From IMG/VR virus record IMGVR_UViG_3300044797_000396, positions 26,551 to 90,550 of that record: a DNA stretch of 64,000 nucleotides. One strand, 5' to 3'. Below the pieces are notes generated by a model that was given only the letters and a program-made list of their open reading frames with translations, did not search any database and was not told the DNA's origin. How positions within the stretch are numbered: position 1 is the stretch's first letter; every line of letters starts with the position of its first letter. The position numbers and the translations under genes were made by a program. This DNA comes from a virus. Shown here piece after piece: positions 41,401 to 50,875 of this stretch.

Positions 41401-42559
41401 GGCAGACGACTTGTCAGGTAACGGTACCTCTACTTCAACAGCTCAATATGTTAGCTCGCTCTCTTACTCTAGCAGCAGTGCTGGTGGTGCTATCAATATC
41501 AATGGTACGGGCACTTCTCTTAACTGGGCAGTTGGCAACACTGGTCCATCAATTACCCAAACTGGTATTACCACTGCTACTGCTGTTAATATGACTATTA
41601 CGCCTCAAATTTCCACTAATACCAACAGTACCTCTGGTAGTTTGGTTGTTAATTTGCAAGCCTCAGGTAATGGTACTGGTGGAGGCAGCGGCAGTGAGGC
41701 TTATCTCACTGTTAATCGTTATCTTTCTGGTAGTTATTCCCCTATGTTCCAAACAGGCTTTGGTTCTGGCGGTGCCACAGCCGGCTGTGCATGTTTATGG
41801 CTGCCAGGCCCTAGTAGCCCTCCTACTGGTAGTAATCCGGCCATGTTTACTTTTGGGGGCAGAACTTACATAAATAGTACCACCAGTGATCAATTTGCTA
41901 TTAGTGGTACAGCTGTCGGTGAATTTTCTTCTGCTGGTCTGACAGTTGGAGGCGTAGGTAGTAGCTGGGGTGGTGCTAGCCCAGGAGTTGTAGCCTTGGC
42001 ACCATGTACCACTTTGCCGTCCTCTATTGAGGGCTCTTATTTCTTGATGTATAATGATCAGCATACTGCGGCACTTGACGGTTATGGTTTGGTCGTGGTG
42101 TCCCCCTCTGCTAGTGCGGTAACCCAAGTATTTGAAACCATAGCTCCTTGCTGGCAGGGCGATCAACTTGGACAGATTGGAGTTATTAAGAAATTTGGTG
42201 GTTTGGTTACTACCGGTAACAATACACTTACTACTATCATGACCATTCCATTGCTTAGCAGCAATTCTTGTCTTATTTCCGCACGTGTTGTTGGTCGTTA
42301 TGTAAGTGGTGGCACGCCCCCTTCACCTACTGTTGGCGGACAACACATTGAGGGCTTTTTCATTAATAATAGTGGTACCATTACTCAAAACGGTTCTACC
42401 TCATATCTAAATGCAGGCACATCAAGTGGAGGTGGTTTGCCAGGCGTCACTAATCCAATTACTTTTGATATTTCTACCAATCAAATTTTGGTACAAGTAG
42501 AAGGTATATCTGCCAACAATTTTGTTTGGACTGGATATGCTGATGTCATCTACAATTAA
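38498..42559 (+). CDS. Long tail fibre-like protein with GGDLSG repeats
   Basis: 1353 aa; recurrent AGGDLSG..QTV.G[LI]Q..P..GQVL.....W units. Confidence 0.72.
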   Translation: MTTTYPGAIDNSQSLPSVVDLLTPVQADVFNRLRDAVIAIEAALGVEPQGVYGTTAARLGNLENITGNLQVISLRQDLGGTLGAPFVVGLQGRPLSTSAPTAGEVLTWNGIAWLPLPSSGGGAGNFTAGGDLSGSASFQTVVGLQDRPISSASPSTNQVLGWNGTFWIPTSLPSSLPPTGAAGGNLSGSYPNPVVVALQNNPVSATSPTTGQVLEWNGSVWIPANVSGSFSAGGDLSGTSTNQTVIGIQGVAITSSAPSSNQVLVASSPTTGIWQQVADAQVSASAAIQGTKISPNFGSQNILTTGTLTAAGSTLGSTVVSALQDTAFGTAGVVHNDASGNFTSSLIVNADVSSSAAVTVSKLAAGTSAQVLLNNATPTPTWTTLSGDVTVSSGGITHVGQLQGTIVLSGTPSTGQVLTATSATAADWVTPASGSFSAGGDLSGTSVNQTVVHITGTSLLIPFAATIEGDSTYNSNAGYPISYSVANVVMPSDANLTLSNTQLISPILRITSTPSLTATRSIILPITVTGAKYDVYNGTTGGQSLLFIGSSGTGVTVPNGLKTSIYFDGTNYVTGAIIVGGDLTATTNVSQTVASIQGVAISGTPSTGYVLTATGSAAATWQVASGGFTAGGDLSGSSTNQTVIGIQAVSVSSTAPTTGQVLEATSSSAASWTSLPTSYPPSGSAGGDLSGTYPNPGVANIHGASVPASGSLITGNVLQVSGSAALTYAPINLAGGSNYVTGTLPSTNLPVATTSALGIIELTGDLGGTDTSPSVLAIHGTTVPATPTAGQTLVATSGTTATWELLPVASLSPGSSTQILLMDSSTPTWTTLSQDLSLGATGVAIVQSIQQGTITCTVNAGAFEWWTGASTPGLSQVSTSSGSGSNFVIQAQGATGASNNGGELILSSGTSGSATVGTLLLQTGGTTQATITPTSVTLASLAGSGAGYVAVSNTGLLSWSAGPGGVTWADDLSGNGTSTSTAQYVSSLSYSSSSAGGAININGTGTSLNWAVGNTGPSITQTGITTATAVNMTITPQISTNTNSTSGSLVVNLQASGNGTGGGSGSEAYLTVNRYLSGSYSPMFQTGFGSGGATAGCACLWLPGPSSPPTGSNPAMFTFGGRTYINSTTSDQFAISGTAVGEFSSAGLTVGGVGSSWGGASPGVVALAPCTTLPSSIEGSYFLMYNDQHTAALDGYGLVVVSPSASAVTQVFETIAPCWQGDQLGQIGVIKKFGGLVTTGNNTLTTIMTIPLLSSNSCLISARVVGRYVSGGTPPSPTVGGQHIEGFFINNSGTITQNGSTSYLNAGTSSGGGLPGVTNPITFDISTNQILVQVEGISANNFVWTGYADVIYN

Positions 42560-42770
42560 CTAAATTGACACACTATCTCGCAGAGACTGCGAGCCAGCTT
42601 CTGGCGAAGCACACTAAATCTCTCTATATTTTGACAATATAATAATTATTAAAATAGGGGAAATACAATGGGCGATACTTACATTAGAACAATCAACAAC
42701 GATGGTTATTTGCTTTAATTATTTTTCTACCCTATCACTTCCATAACATTACAGTATATGGGAGGTATCG

Positions 42771-43007
42771 ATGTTCCACCAAATCTATTTACTACGGCAC
42801 TTAGTAAATGGAAAAGTTTATGTGGGACAAACCTCTAATGAAATCAAAAGACATACGGTGGAATGTTTTAGTATTGAGGTCTTGACTATCGCTCATTCTT
42901 TGGAAATTGCAAATTATTGGGTGCGATATTTTGTGGAAAAATATCACGCCGATGACCCTGCTCACGGTTATAATTTTAAGAGATCGCTAAACCCGTTAGA
43001 TAGTTGA
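42771..43007 (+). pseudogene. Truncated GIY-YIG endonuclease remnant
   Basis: IYLLRHLVNGKVYVGQT..GYN matches N-terminus of 62505 gene but with internal deletion and no C-terminal domain. Confidence 0.55.
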
Positions 43008-43019
43008 TATAACTGTGGT

Positions 43020-44234
43020 ATGAGTAATGTGTATGATTGCGCGATAATTGGAATGGGTGTTGCGGGAGTGTTTGCGGCACATAGAATATCTACCAAATAC
43101 AAAAATATGAAAGTGATCGGCTTTGATATTGGGAAAGGCCCTGCAAAACGTAGGATGCAAGTATTTGGTTGGCTTGGTTGTTTGCCCTCAGGAGATGGCA
43201 AGCTTTTTCTGCAAGATATCAACAAGGTATCCAATCTGATCGGAATGAGAAAAACCAAAGCCGCTTACAATCAATTTTCCAAAGTATTAGCTGAGGTCAA
43301 TGATTTCAAGGTGGTCAAGGATCGCGGCCCCAACAAAGTAACGGAAAAGAACTTTAATAAGTTAGGATATTCAGTTGTCTTGAATGATTATATTCAGATG
43401 TATCCTTCTGATATTCATACCCTCTCTAAACAGATGTCCAATTTTATTGAAACTAATAGAAATATCACTTTCAAGTTTGATAATGAAGTATTGCAAGTTT
43501 TCAAGACTAAAAAATATTTTACCCTCCAAACCGAACATAAAGAAGAGTATCAGTGTAAAAAATTAATTATCGCGGTAGGTCGTGGCGGTTGGAGATGGGC
43601 TAATGACTTGTATGCTAAGTTCGGAATTATTTCCGACAATGATACCGCTCGATTTGGTATCCGAGCTGAAATGAATTCTTCTCACTTGAAAGATTTCCAT
43701 AAATCTACTTGCTCTATTATCAGTGATAATTTGGAGATCGGGCCTCTCTCTTGGAATGGGACAGTGATACCAGAAGATCATACCGATATGGCTATCTCTG
43801 CTTTTAGAAGTAATGAAAGTAGATGGCGAACGGATAAAGTCTCTTTCAATATCATTGGTAATCGTCCCTTCCCTGGTACCGGCTTCCAACAAACAGATCG
43901 CATTGGTAAGCTAACTTTCGTCTTGGCTAATGACCGTATTATCAAAGAGAGAATTTCTTCTATCCTGACAGGGAAGAGTAAAATCTCTATTATCCCAGAA
44001 TATGGTTGGCTCAAAGATGCCTTGATGGAAATAGGTTCTCTTATCCCCGAAATATTAACCAAGGGCTATTACCACTCACCCACCATTCTGCCATTGGCGC
44101 CTCAAATCAACATCGGAGATGATTTGTCTTCCGAGATTGATGGGATGTTTGTGACAGGAGAAAGTGCTGGCATCATCGGTATTTGCGCAGCAGCTGTTTC
44201 AGGAATTGTAGCGGCAGACTCAGCGTGCAAGTAA
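43020..44234 (+). CDS. FAD-dependent oxidoreductase
   Basis: YDCAIIGMGVAG dinucleotide-binding motif, SGDGKL, IIAVGRGG, GMFVTGESAG. Confidence 0.8.
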   Translation: MSNVYDCAIIGMGVAGVFAAHRISTKYKNMKVIGFDIGKGPAKRRMQVFGWLGCLPSGDGKLFLQDINKVSNLIGMRKTKAAYNQFSKVLAEVNDFKVVKDRGPNKVTEKNFNKLGYSVVLNDYIQMYPSDIHTLSKQMSNFIETNRNITFKFDNEVLQVFKTKKYFTLQTEHKEEYQCKKLIIAVGRGGWRWANDLYAKFGIISDNDTARFGIRAEMNSSHLKDFHKSTCSIISDNLEIGPLSWNGTVIPEDHTDMAISAFRSNESRWRTDKVSFNIIGNRPFPGTGFQQTDRIGKLTFVLANDRIIKERISSILTGKSKISIIPEYGWLKDALMEIGSLIPEILTKGYYHSPTILPLAPQINIGDDLSSEIDGMFVTGESAGIIGICAAAVSGIVAADSACK

Positions 44235-44263
44235 TTTTAGAACAATTGAAAATGGAATATCAT

Positions 44264-44647
44264 ATGTCCCCCAATATCAAGCCTGGCAATACCAACACAG
44301 AACCTACTATCAATTTTCCTCCTACCGAGGAAGTCAAAGAAGCACAACAAAAATACTCTTTGTCCAAATTTGATTACGATCTTTATAAAGATGAGGATAA
44401 TACGGCAGAACCCGTAGTGCGCGTCAAACGCATTAGTCTTCCCAATGATGGTGAGAGGTGGAAAATTTTCTCTGATAGTAAAACCGTAATGATCATTGAG
44501 GGCAGCAAGTTCAGCAAGAAAGAACGAGAGTTCCTCAGATCAGTGGATGGCATTAGTTGGCTACTTAGTCAGGCCAAAGCTGGAATAAAATCTTTCAATT
44601 CCCTCAAAACCGATCTTAAAAAAAGAATAAAATTAGTCAAGGCTTGA
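44264..44647 (+). CDS. Hypothetical protein
   Basis: Part of ORF 44183..44647; start uncertain (44252 or 44264). Confidence 0.6.
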   Translation: MSPNIKPGNTNTEPTINFPPTEEVKEAQQKYSLSKFDYDLYKDEDNTAEPVVRVKRISLPNDGERWKIFSDSKTVMIIEGSKFSKKEREFLRSVDGISWLLSQAKAGIKSFNSLKTDLKKRIKLVKA

Positions 44648-44688
44648 TCTCGGAGGTTGGGTGGTTATCTTATCCTCTGAGGAAAACT

Positions 44689-45273
44689 ATGCACAATTAT
44701 GTATTTTACGGAATAGATACTGAAACAACTGGACTTGATCCTGTAAAAAATGATATCATAGAGTTGTCTATCTATCGTCTTTCGGATGATGTCCAAAGAA
44801 CTTGGTTCCTCAAACCTATTAACTTCGACAATATCGAGACCGCCGCTTTGAGAGTTAATCATCATAAATTGGAAGATCTCCGAGGGCAAACTCAGTATGG
44901 TAGAGACACCTATCAAGATCCCAAGCAAGCCATTGTGGAAATAGAGAACTGGCTTTTTGAGGATAATGTAGATACCGCTAACCGTTGCCTTATTGCCCAC
45001 AATGCTGGCTTTGATAAGGCGATGATGGAAAGTTTGTGGTTCAAGTGCCAAGCTAGCGATAGCTTTCCTTTTGGAAGAAGATTTATTGACACAATGGTTT
45101 TAGAATTAGCTATGGATTATGCGGGCGGAGAGTATGCCGAGGGATATAGCCTCAATAACTTAGCTAAAAAGTATGCTGTCAAAAATGAGCGCGCACATAG
45201 CGCGGCAGCAGATACCAAGTGTATGGTGGAAGTATTTAGAAAGCAAGCGAACTGCCTTAAACGACTTTTCTAA
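44689..45273 (+). CDS. DEDDh 3'-5' exonuclease (DnaQ-like)
   Basis: IDTETTG, AHNAGFD, IDT, HSAAAD; GAGG SD. Confidence 0.88.
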   Translation: MHNYVFYGIDTETTGLDPVKNDIIELSIYRLSDDVQRTWFLKPINFDNIETAALRVNHHKLEDLRGQTQYGRDTYQDPKQAIVEIENWLFEDNVDTANRCLIAHNAGFDKAMMESLWFKCQASDSFPFGRRFIDTMVLELAMDYAGGEYAEGYSLNNLAKKYAVKNERAHSAAADTKCMVEVFRKQANCLKRLF

Positions 45274-45274
45274 A

Positions 45275-45541
45275 ATGTCTTCCAAACGCAAAAATCATAG
45301 AAGGCGCAATAAGGAAAGAAGAAGACGCCGTAATATAGAGAAAAGATATTGGCAAGACAAGTTTTTTGAGCTGTATCGTTTGGCTAAAAAAGTGGATATA
45401 ACACTCACCACCCATAACAGTTTCAAGCCTGATAATTGGATGTTACACAAACTGGGAACGAGCGAACTTATAATAAGTGGGACTGCTGTTGAAATAGAGC
45501 CAATTATAGATCGTTATTGGAAAATGAAGGCCTTCCTATGA
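45275..45541 (+). CDS. Arg-rich hypothetical protein with C-terminal tag (RYWKMKAFL)
   Basis: ATG 45275 just after upstream stop; shared motif. Confidence 0.65.
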   Translation: MSSKRKNHRRRNKERRRRRNIEKRYWQDKFFELYRLAKKVDITLTTHNSFKPDNWMLHKLGTSELIISGTAVEIEPIIDRYWKMKAFL

Positions 45542-46524
45542 AAATATTATATGCCGCCTCCAATAATGCCAATGCTAAATTGCAACTATCTCGTTTCCTA
45601 CGAGCAATGGACGGCACTAAACACACCATTAAAATTGCTGCCTATAAACAGTCATTTCCAAAAAATAGGTCAGTAGATTGGTGTCTTGATGCACTTCTGA
45701 ATATATATAAACCAGAATTACTATCTCTCAATAATGATAATCTGGGTATTTATTTTCAGCAAATCAAAAGCTTTGCCCCCGATCTCATCATTAGTGATTT
45801 AGAATACTTTACCAGCTATTTAGCACATCTGGCTAATATCCAAATCTGGCAATGCAGCTCTTCTATTATCAACTTTGCTTTGTCCAAAGAAGATAAATAT
45901 AATTTGGGGTTGTTTAAGTTCTATGCACATTCTCTCAATCGAGACCCGCAACATACACAGCGCACGGCTAACATCATTCAGAACTCGGATCGTAAAATGG
46001 TATATTCGCACTTTGGTGATGTGGCAGGGGCTCCCAAATTGCACGAAGATTTTGAGTGGGTCAGGCCCTACCATCAGGTATATAAAATACACGCTCCTTG
46101 CCAACACAACGTAGTAGCTGGCTTGTCCAAAAATAATAAACAAATATTGGATCAACTCAGAAAATACTCGGACAGCGTAGTTTTTATGGACGTGGATGCC
46201 GAGAAATACCAGAACCTTCACGTCAAGGATATAGACAACGAAGACGAATACTACTGCAACCTGAGAAATTGTAATTATTTTGTGTGCCAGGGTCAAGCTA
46301 CTTTTTTGGCGGATGCTTTCTATAATGAACAAATTTCGCTCATTTATCCTGACTACGAGGATACGGAGTCCATTATCAATAGCCAATTATCCAAAAAGTT
46401 ATCCCTAGGTGATATACCTTATCCCAATACAGATATTTCCGCCTATAATACTTTTGAGGCAATACAATCTACTTACAATAATCATACTAAATATTTACAC
46501 GAAGCAATTGAGGCAATACAATGA
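45538..46524 (+). CDS. Glycosyltransferase-like protein (GT-B, MJ1255-like), divergent
   Basis: MKILYA start, PDLIISDLE, VCQG...LADA pattern. Confidence 0.55.
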   Translation: MKILYAASNNANAKLQLSRFLRAMDGTKHTIKIAAYKQSFPKNRSVDWCLDALLNIYKPELLSLNNDNLGIYFQQIKSFAPDLIISDLEYFTSYLAHLANIQIWQCSSSIINFALSKEDKYNLGLFKFYAHSLNRDPQHTQRTANIIQNSDRKMVYSHFGDVAGAPKLHEDFEWVRPYHQVYKIHAPCQHNVVAGLSKNNKQILDQLRKYSDSVVFMDVDAEKYQNLHVKDIDNEDEYYCNLRNCNYFVCQGQATFLADAFYNEQISLIYPDYEDTESIINSQLSKKLSLGDIPYPNTDISAYNTFEAIQSTYNNHTKYLHEAIEAIQ

Positions 46525-47174
46525 ATTACTGTGCGTTAGATATCGGAAATGTGTTAGTTCACGCTAATTTCCAGCCCTTCCTTAACCAGCTTTCCAAATC
46601 CCTCAACATTACTTTGGAAGAGGCTGGCTATTTTATGAACCGTAGTCAGTGTCTCCATGATTTGGGTTGCACAACAATGTTATCGGAGCTAAAAGATCAT
46701 TTTAAGATCAGGTCTCCCATCATTATCGAAGAGTTAATTGAGAAATGGAATAAGGTTATTGAGCCCAACTTTGATATCATTCATCGCATAGATCGTATGG
46801 TTAGACACGACGATTTACAAGTCGCTCTCCTCTCCAATGTGGGTCTGGAGCACGCCCAACAAATGGCTCAAATTCTAGATATTGGTGATTTCTTCAAGAG
46901 CGCTATCAAGTTCTTTAGCTGCCATGTAGGAGCCCGTAAACCCACTTTGGTGTATTATCATACTTTCCTACAACTACACCCTACTTTCAAGGGTTGCCCT
47001 TACGTAGATGATTTGCAAGAAAACTTAGACGCTGGCCAGCAGTTTGGCTTCAAGACCATGCGATTTTCTTTAGAAGATGTTATGTCTAAAGGTTCCACGA
47101 CAGCCATTGGTCGCGACTACCACGATAAGACGGCTCAGTTGGAAAGGTTTATTCTTGGGAAGCCCAAGCAATAA
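46521..47174 (+). CDS. HAD-superfamily hydrolase
   Basis: LDIGNVL, LLSN, RKP, YVDD..ENL..G..FG. Confidence 0.85.
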   Translation: MNYCALDIGNVLVHANFQPFLNQLSKSLNITLEEAGYFMNRSQCLHDLGCTTMLSELKDHFKIRSPIIIEELIEKWNKVIEPNFDIIHRIDRMVRHDDLQVALLSNVGLEHAQQMAQILDIGDFFKSAIKFFSCHVGARKPTLVYYHTFLQLHPTFKGCPYVDDLQENLDAGQQFGFKTMRFSLEDVMSKGSTTAIGRDYHDKTAQLERFILGKPKQ

Positions 47175-47228
47175 ACCCGCCTTAGTATTGATATATGATC
47201 AGATAGAGCCATACAAAAAGGACATAAT

Positions 47229-47711
47229 ATGACAGAGCAACCAAAAAATAAGTTTCAACAATCTGGACGTGTAAAGGTAATCAAGGGTAGCATTCTCTTC
47301 CCACACGATGCTGGATTGCGTTTTATCCTCAACGTTACCAACACCGCAGGCAAGATGGAAAGCCCTATGTATCCACTGTTCGATAAGAAGTGGCCCAATA
47401 TCAAGAAGGAAGCTCGTGGCTGGTATGCTAATAAGACTGGCGCTTACAAGGTAGGTGCGGTAGCTTCGGTAGCCGTTCAATCCGATGTTTGGGCTATCAA
47501 TTTGCTATGCCAAAACGATGATCTCCAGACTGACCTGATGGGTTTGGAAAAGTGCCTCAAAGAAACTTGCAAGATGGCTAAATATGAACGTGCCAGTGTG
47601 CATTGCTCTAATCTTCTAACAGAAGCTATTCCCGAACTGCAAGACCTCATCACCACACAGTTGGTGGAACAAGGTGTGGCAGTTTGCTATTATGAAGAGC
47701 CTACGGTCTAA
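47229..47711 (+). CDS. Macro-domain-like protein
   Basis: VKVIKGSI, NVTN..G, KKWP, INLLCQ, LEKCL pattern of small macro (Poa1p-like) domains; degenerate. Confidence 0.55.
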   Translation: MTEQPKNKFQQSGRVKVIKGSILFPHDAGLRFILNVTNTAGKMESPMYPLFDKKWPNIKKEARGWYANKTGAYKVGAVASVAVQSDVWAINLLCQNDDLQTDLMGLEKCLKETCKMAKYERASVHCSNLLTEAIPELQDLITTQLVEQGVAVCYYEEPTV

Positions 47712-47713
47712 CA

Positions 47714-47893
47714 ATGAAGCCACTGGAAAAGACCGTTACTGCTCGCGTAAAAGTAGATCCTCGCATTGCTGATTTAGTATACTTTGTCAAGGCAATGAGG
47801 GAGAAATACGGCACCAATCTTGTAGCGGTTCCTGATGATGAATTAATTGCTGATGCTGAGTCTTTTTGGGACACTTGGCACGGTGAAGATTAA
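47714..47893 (+). CDS. Small hypothetical protein (not in ORF track)
   Basis: MKPLEKT...WHGED*, 59 aa, fills gap. Confidence 0.55.
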   Translation: MKPLEKTVTARVKVDPRIADLVYFVKAMREKYGTNLVAVPDDELIADAESFWDTWHGED

Positions 47894-47920
47894 TATCAAT
47901 CTATAATCTCGCATCTGAGT

Positions 47921-48304
47921 ATGACCAAACTGCGTGTTGGAGATACCGTCAGTTGTAGGATCAAGTCGTCTATGATCGTTAATTCCTATACCGACTATGA
48001 TGAGATCAAATCATTCGTTATTGTTGCAGTGGATGACGATGGCTATTTTTTGTACGTCCCTCACTATTATTGTCTGAAAGATGTTATTGTGGCGGATACC
48101 TATCGTTGCAAGCAGCTCAAAATACACCATAGGTATCTTAACGAGGAGCTGACTTACGTGCAGCTTAGTCATATCGCTTCGGTGGAGAAAGTCCAAGATG
48201 GAATGAATTGCTGCAAATGCAATGAATTTTACTTCTATGCGGTCCCTAATCAAGAAAACGAGACTTTGATTTGTTATTCTTGCCGACAATGTAAATATCG
48301 ATAA
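47921..48304 (+). CDS. Hypothetical protein with C-terminal Zn ribbon
   Basis: CCKC..CYSC. Confidence 0.65.
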   Translation: MTKLRVGDTVSCRIKSSMIVNSYTDYDEIKSFVIVAVDDDGYFLYVPHYYCLKDVIVADTYRCKQLKIHHRYLNEELTYVQLSHIASVEKVQDGMNCCKCNEFYFYAVPNQENETLICYSCRQCKYR

Positions 48305-48318
48305 TCAGATATTAGTAT

Positions 48319-49029
48319 ATGGATTTCGATAGCTACATCAGAGGGTTATTAAACGAGGTGGAAGGGCTTTTTGGCACTAAGCCTCAGTCTGCCCCAACCC
48401 GCGTCAGCCAGAACCCTATAAATTCTCCCGGAGGCTATACGGCCCCAATCCACGGTTCTTGGGCTTCAAGCGGGGGCTTTACGTATCAACCCAATGCTAC
48501 CCACCCCAAAGGGCATATGGGAGTTGATATGCGTTGTCAGGCAGGTACGCCCGTCTATCCCTTGACCTCAGGGGTGGTAACCAATGTAGGCACCGATCCT
48601 ATGGGCGGCAATGTAGTCAATGTCCAACATGCCGATGGTATCAGGACTTACTACGCTCATTTATCTGTGGCTAGGGTGCAGAAAGGCGATCGTGTTACTC
48701 CCAATACTGTTTTAGGATTAGTGGGAAATACAGGTAACGCCAGCCACACGGTACCACATTGCCATTTTCAAGTGTGGAAAGATAATCAAATTCAAGACCC
48801 CGCCAACTATTTTCATATCCCGCCCTACACTAATTTAAGTGCAGAAGAACGACAACAACCAAAGTGGGTTTCCGAACAAGCCAAGCAAGAGGCCCTTGCT
48901 TTCAATATGCAGGAGCATGTAGCGCAAGGGCGTGTGGCTGGAAATCGTGTGGCATTTTCTACCAATGCAGATAAACTATTAGTGCTATCTCATCAGTATT
49001 ACAAGCTTACAAAAAAGCTTTCAACTTAA
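48319..49029 (+). CDS. M23 family peptidase
   Basis: HMGVD (HxxxD), YAHL, GNTGN, PHCHF (HxH). Confidence 0.9.
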   Translation: MDFDSYIRGLLNEVEGLFGTKPQSAPTRVSQNPINSPGGYTAPIHGSWASSGGFTYQPNATHPKGHMGVDMRCQAGTPVYPLTSGVVTNVGTDPMGGNVVNVQHADGIRTYYAHLSVARVQKGDRVTPNTVLGLVGNTGNASHTVPHCHFQVWKDNQIQDPANYFHIPPYTNLSAEERQQPKWVSEQAKQEALAFNMQEHVAQGRVAGNRVAFSTNADKLLVLSHQYYKLTKKLST

Positions 49030-49207
49030 CTACTCTTTTTATTTCATCTTGTGTATATGATATTCCATTGATTGTCCAACGTTCAATGAGACGATGATAT
49101 CTAACACCTTCTTGGCACTCCAAACACACCAGCGTTGAGACAGCTGGCAAACTTTCCCAAAGTAATGGACAGCAACACAGCGGGCAAAAAGTAATATCGT
49201 CATTCAT
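49007..49207 (-). CDS. Zinc-finger hypothetical protein with C-terminal tag (RVVKLKAFL)
   Basis: CPLC..CLEC; shared motif. Confidence 0.7.
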   Translation of the reverse strand: MNDDITFCPLCCCPLLWESLPAVSTLVCLECQEGVRYHRLIERWTINGISYTQDEIKRVVKLKAFL

Positions 49208-49417
49208 TTACAAAAAAGCTTTCAATTTAATCAATCGCATCATTTCTTCTTGGGTATAAGTAGTCCCATTGTATCTCCAATAAGCGGGCCCAACATAGGC
49301 AGGTGGTATCCACAATATCACATTATCATTGCATTGCTGACATTTCCACCTTTCATACCCAGAGGAAAATGTTTCAATATACATTTTCCAATGACATAAA
49401 GGGCACCAACGCGACAT
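49208..49417 (-). CDS. Zinc-finger hypothetical protein with C-terminal tag (RLIKLKAFL)
   Basis: CPLC..CQQC; shared motif. Confidence 0.7.
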   Translation of the reverse strand: MSRWCPLCHWKMYIETFSSGYERWKCQQCNDNVILWIPPAYVGPAYWRYNGTTYTQEEMMRLIKLKAFL

Positions 49418-49653
49418 TATAGGAATGCTTTCAATTTAGATATTCGATCCATTTGTTCCTGAGAATACTCAGTATTTTTCCAGCCCCAAACTTTTGTCTC
49501 AGCGTAAGTATTGTTTTTATAATACCAGACATCAGGGACTACATTAGGATGGAATGATGGGCATTCCGTAGTGTTTCCCTTGGTGCACCAATACATAGAG
49601 CCTGCGGCAGTTATCATTTTGCGATGACAAAAAACACAATTTATTTCCAACAT
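49417..49653 (-). CDS. Zinc-finger hypothetical protein with C-terminal tag (RISKLKAFL)
   Basis: CVFC..C..C; probable start MLEINC at 49653. Confidence 0.68.
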   Translation of the reverse strand: MLEINCVFCHRKMITAAGSMYWCTKGNTTECPSFHPNVVPDVWYYKNNTYAETKVWGWKNTEYSQEQMDRISKLKAFL

Positions 49654-49663
49654 AATATTTCTC

Positions 49664-50008
49664 TCACGAAAAGACAATTAATTTCATTAGTCGCCGAAAT
49701 TGTTCATTGAGCTCATCCCAAAAAGCTTGGTTTGGCTTTGGCTCAATTTCCGACAGAGGATCAATGCTAATAACAAAGCCACTTGCATTTCTATCACTAA
49801 CCCAAAAAGGCGCGCGTGCATAGAAGCGGAAATCAGCGCCACCAAACGTTCCATCTTTTGGGGACTTCATTAGCCCCTCAAACATTACATAGGCTATCTC
49901 TTTGAGAGTTCCCTCCATACTTTCGGCGTAATAGCCGTCCTCAAATCGGAAGATATATTTATCCCCTTCTTGGGTCATCTGGAAGGTGAAAATCTGTGGA
50001 TTGCCCAT
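49664..50008 (-). CDS. Hypothetical protein, C-terminal tag variant (RLMKLIVFS)
   Basis: 114 aa. Confidence 0.65.
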   Translation of the reverse strand: MGNPQIFTFQMTQEGDKYIFRFEDGYYAESMEGTLKEIAYVMFEGLMKSPKDGTFGGADFRFYARAPFWVSDRNASGFVISIDPLSEIEPKPNQAFWDELNEQFRRLMKLIVFS

Positions 50009-50053
50009 CTCTTTTTAACTCAAACTTCCAGCCAGCTTTATTATTTTTGTGGA

Positions 50054-50857
50054 TCAACTATGTGATATGTGTAGTAATTGTTCGTGGAACCAGGAATAAT
50101 CTTTGGCATCGGTAGCCGATCCTATATCGAGCAAGTGACCAATATTATCGTGTAAAATTAGGTAAGTAGCCCAAGCAAACTCTCGTATTTCATATTGTGC
50201 ATCATTTTTGAGACGCTGCTTGAAAAAATGGATTAGGGTTTGGAGGCTGCACGTCCAAATGCACTCAGAATATACATTGGGTGGTAAAACTAAACGAGCG
50301 ATTTCCTTGGCAACTCCTGCTTCAATCATCCTATTGTAAGCCGCAAAAGCTGCATTGGTAGCTTGAATAATTATATCTTGTGGAGATTGGCCGCCCACAC
50401 TGATAATTTCTTCTTGGGAGGAGCCTTGTTTATTAGTAGCCGACTGTCCTCTGACTATTTGTGGCACATAAAAATGATCTTCTACTTCGGTGTAGCGAAA
50501 ACTTTGCTCATTCCAAGAGGTATCGTCGATAATAATGCTGTGCCCAATTTCTTCCTCACCCTCCCAGTTGGATCCCACCTGATATTTCCACCATTGTCTA
50601 AACACAAACAACGGAGCTTTGATACGGAAGGAAAAATAAGAGTGACGATAGGTAGAAAAGTGGCCGTGGTCAAATAAGAACTTGACTAATTTGGCATCTT
50701 TCTCGGAATATTCTTTCGACTCTTTTTTATAGGAGACGCGAGCAGCATTAGCAACTTTGAGCCTCGGATCCAAAATCATAGCATCAAATAACTCAACGTG
50801 ACCGTGATCCAGTACATCGATTTTTCGGAACATTTTTGTTACGTCAAACTTTTCCAT
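50054..50857 (-). CDS. thyX: Flavin-dependent thymidylate synthase
   Basis: AARVSY, H.S, APLFVFRQW, SWNEQSFRY, EIARLVLP, AQYEIR. Confidence 0.9.
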   Translation of the reverse strand: MEKFDVTKMFRKIDVLDHGHVELFDAMILDPRLKVANAARVSYKKESKEYSEKDAKLVKFLFDHGHFSTYRHSYFSFRIKAPLFVFRQWWKYQVGSNWEGEEEIGHSIIIDDTSWNEQSFRYTEVEDHFYVPQIVRGQSATNKQGSSQEEIISVGGQSPQDIIIQATNAAFAAYNRMIEAGVAKEIARLVLPPNVYSECIWTCSLQTLIHFFKQRLKNDAQYEIREFAWATYLILHDNIGHLLDIGSATDAKDYSWFHEQLLHISHS

Positions 50858-50875
50858 TGTCTTACCCAGATAGCG

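Noticed and set aside
42565-42655. TTGACA hexamers at 42565 and 42631 as sigma70 promoters
   Set aside because: No convincing -10 hexamer at 16-18 nt spacing.
44689-45273. Exonuclease ending LKRLF as a tag copy
   Set aside because: Phe is at -1 and there is no R/K at -9.
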